A DNA stretch of 64,000 bases from Selaginella moellendorffii (Eukaryota > Plantae > Lycopodiophyta), in the NCBI RefSeq assembly GCF_000143415.4, contig NW_003314324.1:286011-350010 (forward strand), in the 5' to 3' direction. Of the stretch, positions 45,765-56,400 are shown one piece after another. Within the stretch, counting starts at the first letter, position 1. Each line of letters begins with the position of its first letter. Under the pieces are notes generated by a model. The model was given only the letters and a program-made list of their open reading frames with translations, was not told the origin of the DNA and searched no databases. The position numbers were made by a program, and so were the translations under genes.

Positions 45765-47196
45765 AAATGCCCGGGGCGAGCATAGGCTGCGATCATCGCC
45801 CGGAGTGGCATCTCATCAAAAACTGTTTTTGCGCACTCCACCATCTCGGCCTGCGAGTATCCGACCACCATCGTCGTCCCCCGCTGCGGCATCCCGTCAA
45901 ACAGCCCCTTTGCTTCCTCCATCTCGCCTCTTCTTGCGTAAGCCTGGATCAAGGTCGTGAATGACACGACGTTCCTCCTCGGCATCATCTCGAACACGTC
46001 CCTGGCTTGTTTTACGTGACCATCTTGAGCATACGCTTGAACCATCGAGTCCCACGATGAGGCATCCGATCAAACGGCCTTCGCTTGGACAAGCTCGCCT
46101 CTCTCCACGCTCGACTGGAGCATCACATTCCAGGAGATGGAGTTTCATCTTGTAAAACAGCTCCCGGGCCTCCTCCACGCGACAGTGATCCGCGTACGCT
46201 GTGATGAGCGCGTTCCAAGTTTCCAAGTTCCTGTCCGGCATCCGACCAAAGATGGTCTTTGCGTCTTCAAGGAAACCATGACTGGCGTAAGCGTTCATCA
46301 TCGTCGTCCACGCGATCGCGTCGGGGCATTGGATTTTCTCGAACAAAACTCTCGCTTCTTCCAAGTCTCCATTCTCGGCGTGGCCCTGGAGCATTGCCGT
46401 AGAGGCCACGACGTTCTCCATCGGCATCCTCTCGAACAAAGCTCTGGCCTCGGCAATCTCTCCTCCAGCAACGTAAACCCGGATCATCGTCGTCCACGAC
46501 ACCGAGTCTCGCAAGATCATTCTCTCGAAAACCTCTCTCGCCAGATCAAGTTGCCCGTTTCTGGCATATCCCGCCACCATAGCGTTCCACGAAACCACAT
46601 CCTTGAGCGGTATGCAATCGAAGAGCTTCTTTGCCTTTACATTAATCCAGCCTTTGCATGACCCGTGATCATAGCGCTCCACACGATCACATTCTTGTGA
46701 GGCATCGAATTAAACAGCTCTGTCGCTCGACACAGATCCCCCGCCTTGGCAAATGCGGAAACCACGGTTGTCGACGAGACGATATCCGGTGATGGCATCG
46801 CTCTAAACACTTCCATCGCTCTTTCCAATTTCACGTAGGCCTGGATCATTCCATTCCATGACACTCGATCCTTTCTGGGCATGCTCTGGAACACGCATCT
46901 TGCTTAGGCAATATCCCCGGTTCGGGCATATGCCGCAAGGAGGATGTTCCACGACACCAAGTTCCTGTCGCTGATCCGATCGAACACTGCTCGAACCTCC
47001 TCCACGATGCCGCACTTTCCATACATTTCAATCACAAGATTCCACAGATGCAAGCTTTCTTTCAGGTCCTTGTTCCGTTCTATCCTCGCATGGACTTTCC
47101 TCGCCTCGCGCAAGTTCTTCGAGTTGCCGATTTGATGGACCGGACGAGAGTATTAAAATCGCCTTGCGGTGGAATCGCCGGGAATCCCTGGATCAT
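45765..47196 (-). pseudogene. SS-type PPR pseudogene (duplicate of 38520-40019, frameshifts, 3' truncated)
   Basis: Colinear high identity with the intact PPR, including upstream sequence to ~47340; several small indels. Confidence 0.92.
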
Positions 47197-47340
47197 TAAT
47201 TTTCTACACCATCCCAGATATTCCTCGCTCTGGCTTGACAATGGATCATTAGAATCCAATATTTTCAATTGAGATTTTGTTTTGACTTTATACCTTTGGG
47301 TTTATAAATCGCCATTCATACACGGGAGATTGATTTATTC

Positions 47341-48147
47341 CGTGCTTGCTCTACACTTCATCCTTTGCAATGCGAGAACTCTTCGAAGATTACCACCAGG
47401 TCCGCTAATTGTTGGATCCATTTTCTCTCTAAGATATCCACTCCATCGCTGTTCCCGATCATCCACCTGAGAGGTGGAGTGGTGGACTACATTGTCATCA
47501 ACTCGATCGCCATAGTCAGGGAGGTCTTGATCACTCGCGATTTGGAGTTTGCTTATCCCCCAGCTAGTAAGTTTGGAGAGTACTTCAGCTATGGCTTCAA
47601 AGACATTGACTCTTGGTCCAGTCCTGGAAGAACCTTAAGCAAATCACGAACAGGCACTTGATGAGCAACACAAGGCTGGATGGTGTTGCGGGGATCTACG
47701 AACTAGAGATGGCAAAATCGATCAAAGCCATTCACAGCTCTGGCAATCATGCTCCCGTCAACCTAACTGATGCAGTCAGCAAGTTTATCTCGGATGCATT
47801 TTGTATGATTCTCTTTGGCAGCATAGAGGAGAGAGTTTTGGATCTGGTAGCCCAAATCGAAAAGCAAACACTCAACGTCAAGTCAGAACCTGTCAAGCAC
47901 TCGGACCTCGTCAACTTACCTTACATTGTCCTCACCACAATCCATCCAAGGTAACACTACGACATCCCCAAGCACTGCACCGATCTCATCTCATATGGCA
48001 CTGGGACGAGCCCGAGGTGTTTCGCCCGGTGCGTTTCCTGGGCGATCAAGTAAATCCAACTCGGGCATGCCCGTGTGGTTCCTTTTGTGGTTGAAAACTT
48101 GCTCGCAGGCGAGATCAATTTGTCCTAGAAGTCTGAATCTCTCTCGT
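47341..48147 (+). pseudogene. Cytochrome P450 pseudogene (paralogous to 41630-42510)
   Basis: Shares the same deletion junctions as the 41630 copy. Confidence 0.9.
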
Positions 48148-48480
48148 GTTCCTGGCATATCCTGCCACCATGACGTTCTGCAAAACCATATCCTTGAGAG
48201 GCATGCGATTGAAGAGCTTCTTTGCCTCTTCCAGTTTCCAAGCCTTTGCATAACCTGTGATCATAGCATTCCATGTGATCACATTCTTATAAGGCATCGA
48301 ATGAAACAGCTCCATCACTCCCGCTTTGGCAAATGCAGCTACCATGGGGATGACATTGCTCTAAACACTTCGAACACTCTTTCAAAAGCCTGTTTTTCAT
48401 GTAGGTCTTGATCATTCATTCCATGGCACTGGATCTTTCCTGGGCATACTCAGGAACATGCATCTTGCATGAGCAATCTG
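48148..48480 (-). pseudogene. PPR fragment (paralogous to 42511-42870)
   Basis: Same P450-PPR junction aagtctgaatctctctcgtgtt..ggcatatcctgcc. Confidence 0.85.
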
Positions 48481-49259
48481 ATCGAACACTACTTAACACA
48501 AACTGATTGAACTTTACTTAAGACAAACTAAGGGAATATTTTAAGAATATTCTATGATTTCGGGATTTTAGACTAACCTAATGAATATCATGTTCTTTTA
48601 GGGATGGTTTAAGAGTGGGATATAGATATAGTCATGATGAAGAGGAAGAGATTTTTTATGATGTTGTCAAAAGGCAAAAAAGTTAAATTTCTAAGATTTA
48701 AAGTGATATTAAAAAGGTTAAGGATTCTATCAATCTCATTAAGACTTTCTTGCTTTACATGCACCTTCAAAATTTGAATCAATTTAGTATCTATGATTAC
48801 TATTGGTACATCAAGCATGTAATGGAATAGAAGTTATCACCTTGATGTTGTGCAACTAGGAGGTTAGAGTAGCTATATAATTTGATGCCACATAACAAAA
48901 TTAGTCTATTTAAGACAAAAAGTTAATTGCTACTATAAAGGAATAATAATATTATTTGTATGAATTGGATTTCTATATGGATTTAGGTTATTAATCTTTC
49001 CAATATTTCAATTGTTAAAAGGATCTTTAAGACCACCTTACTCATTGACAAAAGTTCTTACAAAAGATGTCTTTTAAGATTTGGTATAAGTATGGAGATG
49101 CCAATAAAGTTGCTAATACATTATATTAATTGGGCGATAGTACAATTCAATCTAAACACAACCTAGTATTTTCAAAACACATTTGGATTGTGTTACCTTT
49201 TTAGCACAGGATTTGAAACCAGGACCTTTGGGTTTCACTCTAGATTGATTTATTCCACC

Positions 49260-50719
49260 ATGGTGCCTTTGTTTTGCGGTGCTATGCTTGCTCTATACTT
49301 CATCCAAGAACTCTTACAAGATTACCACCAGGTCCAATCTCTGTGCCAGTATTTGGATCCATTTTCTCTCTAAGATATCCACTCCATCGCTGTTTCGCAA
49401 GCCTTGGCAAGATCTATGGCCCGATCATCCACCTGAGAGGTGGAGTGGTGGACTACGTTGTCATCAACTCCATCGCCATAGCCAGGGAGGCCTTGATCAC
49501 TCGCGATTTGGAGTTTGCTTATCGCCCAGCTAGTAAGTTTGGAGAGTACTTCAGCTATGGCTTCAAAGACATTTGCACCATATGGTGAGTCCTGGAAGAA
49601 CCTCAAGCAAATCACGAGCAGGCACTTGATGAACAACACGAGGCTGGATGGTGTTGTGGGATCTACGAACTAGAGATGGCGAAATCGATCAAAGCCATTC
49701 ATCATGCTCCCGTCAACCTGACCGATGCAGTCGGCAAGTTTATCTCGGATGCATTTTGTATGATTCTCTTTGGCAGCACAGATGAGAGAGTTTTGGATCT
49801 GGTAGCCCAAATCGAAAAGCAAACACTGAACGTGAACACTGGAAACTTGTTCCCAGCGCTGGATTTCCTGGATCTCCACGGAGTAAACAAGAGAATGAAG
49901 GAAACTCTCATGCCAGAGCTGGAACAATGCTAACACAAGTGATCGGCACTCACAAGCAAAACAAGGCGAGGATTGAGTCTCAAGGGCAAGAATTCGTCAG
50001 TAGAGATCTCACACACGTGCTACTATCTCTCGAGTCCCTTCAAGACATATCAATCGTCGCACTGCTCACTGTAAGTGATACCACGCACTTTTCAGTCTGG
50101 AACTTACTCTTTGCACAGGATATACTTGTCGCTGGAGTTGACACGATCAAGTGGACAGCAGTCTGGGCCATGGCCGAAGTTCTAAGAAATTCCAGAGTGA
50201 TGGAAAACGCACAAGAAGAAGTAAAGAACACGATAGGGACATCACAACTTCTCAAGCACTCGGACCTCGTCAACTTACCTTACATCGAAGCAATCTTCAA
50301 AGAAGTGTTGCGACTCCATCCAGTGGGAGCTCTTGGCGTTCCTCACCACAATCCATCCAAGGCAACACTCGCACATCCCCAAGCACTGCACCGTTCTCAT
50401 CAACATTTGGGCGATCGGGCACGACCCACGGCACTGGGACGAGCCCGAGGTGTTTCGCCCGGAGGGTTTCCTGGGCGATCAAGAGAAATCCAACCAAGAA
50501 CTCATGATGCCATTCTCTGCCGGGAGGAGAACTTGTCCGGGCATGCCAATAGCCTCCCGCGTGGTTCCTTTTGTGGTTGCAAGCTTGCTCCATGCGTTTG
50601 ATTGGAAGAGTGACGGCGAGATCGATTTGTCCGAGAAGTCGGGAACTCTCTCTTGTATGCCTGTGTCGGACTCGGTGGCATTCGCATCCGCTAGGCTCGA
50701 AACGTCTGCCTATGCCTGA
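49260..50719 (+). pseudogene. Near full-length cytochrome P450 pseudogene (duplicate of 43584-45086)
   Basis: Colinear and retains the intron and heme motif, but has frameshifting indels near 49305, 49570, 49655, 49928 and 50373, and PERF has become PEGF. Confidence 0.9.
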
Positions 50720-51197
50720 CCATATGTTGATACCAAGAACGTTGTCTTTGAATTGCTCTCGGCAGGCGATGGTGTTCTAATGATCATAATCACTTCATGT
50801 TCTACGAAAGTCCCATCTCGCATCCAAATGCCCGGTCAAGGCAACTGCTGATACTAGCTTCGTCAACTATGCCCAACGCTACTAAGAAAAACCCTTTACA
50901 ACTTACAACTTAGACACACCCAATTCTAAAACGTTTTCCTTTTCTCAAACCCCATCAAGATGCCATATGTTGCGAGCATGCGCTAGATAATACCCTTTGC
51001 AAAGTAGATCAAGCACTCCTCAACGCTGTCAACCATTGTTATACATCTCAATTAAAAGATTGTGAAGATTCAAGCCGCAACTTGATGATCTGTACAAGGG
51101 AGCTATAGGTCGTCCTGCCCTGCGCTGGCGGTGGCGATGGATCTACCAGACCCCTAACCCTAGTCCCATCCTCCCGGGAGTAAATCGAGCTCGCCCA

Positions 51198-52007
51198 TCA
51201 CGAAAGGCGATAGATATCACTGGGCTTGATGATCGATCGCGTCTCCGGGCTCATTGGCACCTCCTGCCGCCCAAGCCAATCCAAGAGCGCCGAGCCGCGA
51301 TAGAGAAAGGCGTGCTCGTCCCCGTCGCGGCGCTGGCTCCGCTGGATCACCGCTAGAACGTCCTCGGCCACTGTGGAATCCGGCCACAAAAGGGGCTCCA
51401 GCGTGATGCAGCAAATCGGCGAGGAGGAATTCCCCCCACTTCCATCCCGCGCGGACCCTGTTCTTGCTCCTCCCAGCGATTTGAGGATCGCCCTCCTCGC
51501 CTCTGGAGGCATTGCCGCCACCGCCGCCCTGTGGATCCCATACTGCTTGATCAGCGCCAGCGCCACTCTCCTCTCCTCGTCCGGGTCGGCGGCCCTAGGC
51601 TTGGGGATTCTGGATCCCTCGCCGCCGCGGACAAACCCTGCCGTGAATGCCTCGATCAGATAGGTGAGGAGGAGGCAAGTGCCGCGATCCGGCGACACCA
51701 GCGTCACGATGCTCCTCATGAGCTGCTCGTCCAGGCTCCCCCGCTGGACGAAATTCTCCATCGCTCGCGAGAGGACGTGGAGGAGCTGGGATTGCTGGCC
51801 GGCCCTGAGCTTGGGATTGAGGAAGACCATAGCCTTGAAGAAGATGAGAGACATGAGATTGACGCCCCATTGCAGTAGGGACTTGCAGATCACGTCTCCC
51901 ATCACGATTGCGCTGGCCACAAGGGACGAAATCGTGATCCATAGCTCATCTGAGGCTGATCTAGCGGCGTGCTCCATCGCCGCGCCCAGTGCTATGCGGA
52001 TTGTCAT
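51198..52007 (-). CDS. Uncharacterised protein with helical N-terminus and C-terminal U-box/RING-like domain; start uncertain
   Basis: Open GC-rich frame. C-terminus ICCITLEPL...HAFLYRGSALLDWL....SPETRSIIKPSDI resembles the U-box consensus CPIT.E.....Y.R..I..WL.....P.TR. Confidence 0.65.
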   Translation of the reverse strand: MTIRIALGAAMEHAARSASDELWITISSLVASAIVMGDVICKSLLQWGVNLMSLIFFKAMVFLNPKLRAGQQSQLLHVLSRAMENFVQRGSLDEQLMRSIVTLVSPDRGTCLLLTYLIEAFTAGFVRGGEGSRIPKPRAADPDEERRVALALIKQYGIHRAAVAAMPPEARRAILKSLGGARTGSARDGSGGNSSSPICCITLEPLLWPDSTVAEDVLAVIQRSQRRDGDEHAFLYRGSALLDWLGRQEVPMSPETRSIIKPSDIYRLS

Positions 52008-53207
52008 CTGGGAATCGCGATCTAATCCAGCGCCGCGATCTAGCAACGAGAATTGAGTGTTTAGATAAGAGTATGCTTGCCCTAAAAGCAAAGATAAAGA
52101 ATAGAAGGGTTCACATAACACGTGGCAAAATGGATGTCTTGCCAGGTCACGAGAGCCCTAAAAGTGAAAAAGCGGAAACGTAAAGGATGACTATGAAACA
52201 TTTAATTTTCCTTTCTAAAGCATTTCAGCTTGCTTGTTCCACTTTCAAAGGAACAAGCACGTTTCTCGTGGGACACGATAATTATCTTAGAAGGAATCAA
52301 ATTAGCCAACTAGCAGTTGGTCAAGAGAACACAATTCAACAACGTGTTGATTCTTTTTTAACAACGGCTCTAGAAAATAAAAAGTAACAGTTGCCAAAAA
52401 TGACTTTTCACCTTCCCAGATCGCAAATTTCCACACCCAAGATCGTTGCCACCTTTGTGGGGTACCCGAATAGTTCTTGTTTTCAAATAAATATGTAACA
52501 TAAAATTTAAAGTGGATCTTTTTTGTTTCTTCTTGTGGCTCACCTCCTCTTCAGTGCCGCTCGTGCTCTAAGAACAGTAAAAAAAGAAATGTGATGTTTC
52601 TACCTGTAAGAAATCTACAATGGCAGGACAAATCGCCTATACCTCCAAGACAAGTTTCATGGAGTGGAGATAAGCAGGACTTCCAGCCGTTACCGCCACC
52701 TGTATCAACTATAATATTCCTCCAGAATATTCTAAACGAACAACATCCTTACCCTTTTGTCCTGTCCAGGGAAGGGTTAGTTTCTTTATAAACTTTCGTG
52801 TACGTGGATAGCTCTGGTTGGCATAAGTGGTCCAGTAGGCTTTTGAGAGAGTGGCTAAGGATTGGATTTATGCACTGTCATGAGGCACGTACTGGATGTG
52901 TATCCTGCCGCGTGCTCGCATCGCCTGAGGTGCCATCCACCACACCAAACACCTTGTCCAGAACCTTAGAAGTTCCACTCCACTTTCCACGAGCAGCTCG
53001 GCCACCTTGCGGAAATCAACTTCACCAACCAAGTCTATGTTCCATCGCCATCGCTGCCACCACTGCCTCTTCTCTGCCGCCCTCAGCTTACAAGGCCTGG
53101 CAGCCCCCTATCCCAAGTCCTCGCAAAGAGTCGTCTCTCCCGTGCAATGCTCGCAACAGCCTTTGGCTGCGGAATCTTTGTTTTCCGTGTTAAGAAACCT
53201 AAAATTA

Positions 53208-53428
53208 TAATCATTATAAGATTTTGTTTTAGTTAACTTGGAAGAGAATTTCTTTCTATTCTAGGTTCTTTTGTGTACAAGCAACCTATAAGTTTGTGTC
53301 GATTACAATCATTATAAGATTTAGTTTTAGTTAACTTGGAAGAGAATTTCTTTCTAAATTTATAAAGTTTCGATTTTATTCTAGGTTCTTTTGTGTACAA
53401 GAAACCTATAAGTTTGTGTCGATTACAT
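53208..53428 (+). repeat. Two-copy ~100-120 bp tandem repeat
   Basis: aatcattataagattt.gttttagttaacttggaagagaatttctttcta...ttctaggttcttttgtgtacaag.aacctataagtttgtgtcgattaca occurs twice. Confidence 0.9.
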
Positions 53429-53429
53429 G

Positions 53430-56400
53430 TCCAAGTCAACAAATAAATCAGTCTGAAATAGTATATGGGATGATTTATTATAGAATATTTTCAAGCTTGC
53501 ATCAAATTAAGGAGTGAATTCTTCATTATATATATATAGAACTGGTTTAAAAGACTTTAAAAGTCCAGCTAAAAATTTAAATTTTTAAGTCTGGACTAAA
53601 ATCCTAATTATTTATTATTAATATCAAATAATTATCCTCCATATCAACTTACTTTTATTTATGCACACTTTATTTCTTAAAATTATATATATATAATCAA
53701 TAAATTATTTTTACAATATAGTTAAAATAATTTATCACAAGTTGTATTCAACAAAACTATTAAGAATTCTCAAATTTTTGCTAGAAGATTAAAAAGAATG
53801 ACTCAAGAGACGATGCATTAAAGGTCAAATATGAAGGAAAGGGTTGATGAACAAAAGTGCATCCTTTTTTTGAATCAATTAAAAGTTTTAATATACTTGG
53901 CATTAAATGTCATTAGGTTTGAATAATACTAAATTAGGTTTGAATTATGGTGTTCAAAGTCCAATCTACTCTTTCATATTTTAGAGTGTAGTATAGTAAT
54001 TATAATGTTCAAAGTCCAACTCTACTCTTCCATATTCATGCATGAGTTATAAAACTTATCTTAAGCCTCATTTTATTTATATAAATTTTTTATAACTATA
54101 ATTTAAAATACTTATATCAAACTATTACTAAACTAGAATATACTAGAAAGTATTTTGGGAAGTTTATGATTTATAAACATATTTATAAATTATGAATAAA
54201 ATATTAATCTAAATGAATAATAATAAAATATCCTAAAATATCTAAGTATATTTTGAATATAGTTTACTTAAGAGAATCATTATAAAAACTTTTATTGAAT
54301 TAAGAGGTGATGGCATATTTGTGAGCATTAACATTTACTCATTTAAAAAAAATTTAAATTGTAATACATACAATTATATTTCATTGCTATAATTTAAATG
54401 TGATTGTGTCTTTTATAATATTGGTATAGCCATGCTAGATGGGGTTGTCCATAAGATGTCAAATTAGATATGCAAGCCAAGCTAAATAAAAGTGATTTCT
54501 CTACATGTTTCTTTCTTAAATGATTCCATCTTCCTTTTTCATAGAATTAAATATTGCACACTAAAATTATAGCACTGTGACAATGTTGAATCTAGGGGAA
54601 TACAATCTTGTCTAATTCTTGAATGTAATAGAAAGATTAAAAGCAAGATGCAAGATTTTGCCATTCCATAAGGAGAGATGATCAAGGATTCTAGTGCAAA
54701 AATGTATGGATAGAAAGAAGCAATCTATTAAAGTGATTCCATTCCACCTATATAAAGCAATTATGTAACTCCATCTACTGTATCTAGCCTAGACTTAATG
54801 TGAATTCTTCATTTACCCCAATATCATTCAAACTCAAGAATTTAAATTTCCTAGGAAGCCATTTATCCCAATATTATTTAAATTCAAGGATATTTAAGTT
54901 TAAATAACCTAAAACCCTCAACCATCCCTAGCCAAAGAGGATGAGTGCCAAAAAAACAATCACACCCACCTCCATTATTAGTGGCCTCAATCAGCAACAC
55001 TTACACCATGGAGATTGAGTTTGGCAGCTCATCAAAAAAATTCAATGTAATCATATCCTTGTGTGGGTTCAATACAAGTCATACTTATAATGTTACAATT
55101 AAAACAATTAATGTATTGGCCAATTCTTCTTCTTCAAACATATTTTCATATTGAGTTACTATAGCTAGGCACATAAAGAATTCATTCATGGTGCTGATAT
55201 GTAAAAAACCATGCAAATGTGACATGTATGCTAATGCATTCCATCCAAAGATTATTTTGTGAGTTATATAAATTGATTTATCTTGTAGTATAATTAATTT
55301 TTTGCCACGTTGCCCACTCTAGTATACCTCCCCTCTTGAGAGATTCCCCATATAATGTGCCATCAGGTAATCATATTTTTCTTATAATTTTCTAGAAAAT
55401 TTAATTACAAGGAAAATATTTTTGAATTTTATCAACCACATATTTTTATCAACTAAAAATCTAGATATGAAAAAAAAGATCTTGTCTCAACACCACACTA
55501 AGCAGGATCTAGAAATTCTATTAGGCAACTCAAGTTTAGTTGTGCAAAAAAAAAAAAAAGGCTAAATACAATCTAGAATATATACTGATTAATCAGTGTT
55601 TACCCCTCTCTTTCAAGGCAAAGAAAGATTGACTTGACAAGGGAGGGATTTATAGCACCAACATATTTTGTGGCAGTAGGGAATAGCCATGACATAAATA
55701 GAAATTAAAATGAGCTACAAAAAATATTATTAAGGAATAAATCACCCAAGATTCTCCATACACTTATTCAATGACTTTATTGTTAAATGTTAGGGAAAAA
55801 TATGGAATCAATAGCACACTCTAGGCCAGAAGGACTAGTTACATGGAACTGCAACTATCAATTACCTTTAAGTTACAAAATGAAGGTGTTTCTAAATATC
55901 AACCACAACAATCTAGAGAAAGCAATTTTCTTTGTGGATTTTATTTCATGTGAAAGAATAAAAAAGAAAAACCTCTTGTAAGTAAGCACTCTTTAGATTT
56001 TGAGAGAGATCTTTAGGAGACTCTCATTTCATTACTTTAATTAATGTGTTATTATTTCTAAATCTTGTTCTAGTAAGAAAATAAAGATTTTTTGAGTAAA
56101 GTGAGTGGTCCACTCCTAAAACTCTCAACTTGGGCTATAGAAATTATCCTTCTGGGATAAGTTTACTTATAATGAGTACAGAATAAAGTTTGAATATGTT
56201 TGATGAAAATGATAAATTTGAGATCTTTTCTAATGATTATTCATCTTTAAAAAATAACTAAAAATAGGGTTTATATTAGAAAGTTAGAATACTAGAATAT
56301 ACTTTGAAATTCTAACACCCCTCCAATCATCCATCATTACATTTTAATTGGAGGTATTATACTCAAAAATATATCGTTGCTCAACTTTCGTTTGAACAAC

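Larger units (their letters stand above)
41650..51197 (+). repeat. Segmental tandem duplication: ~41650-45540 matches ~47341-51197, and ~38520-40160 matches ~45765-47340
   Basis: Coding and non-coding spacers are colinear and highly similar (e.g. 42870-43570 vs 48480-49240). Confidence 0.92.

Noticed and set aside
53208-53428. Repeat as a CRISPR-like array
   Set aside because: Two long copies with no spacer structure, in eukaryotic context.
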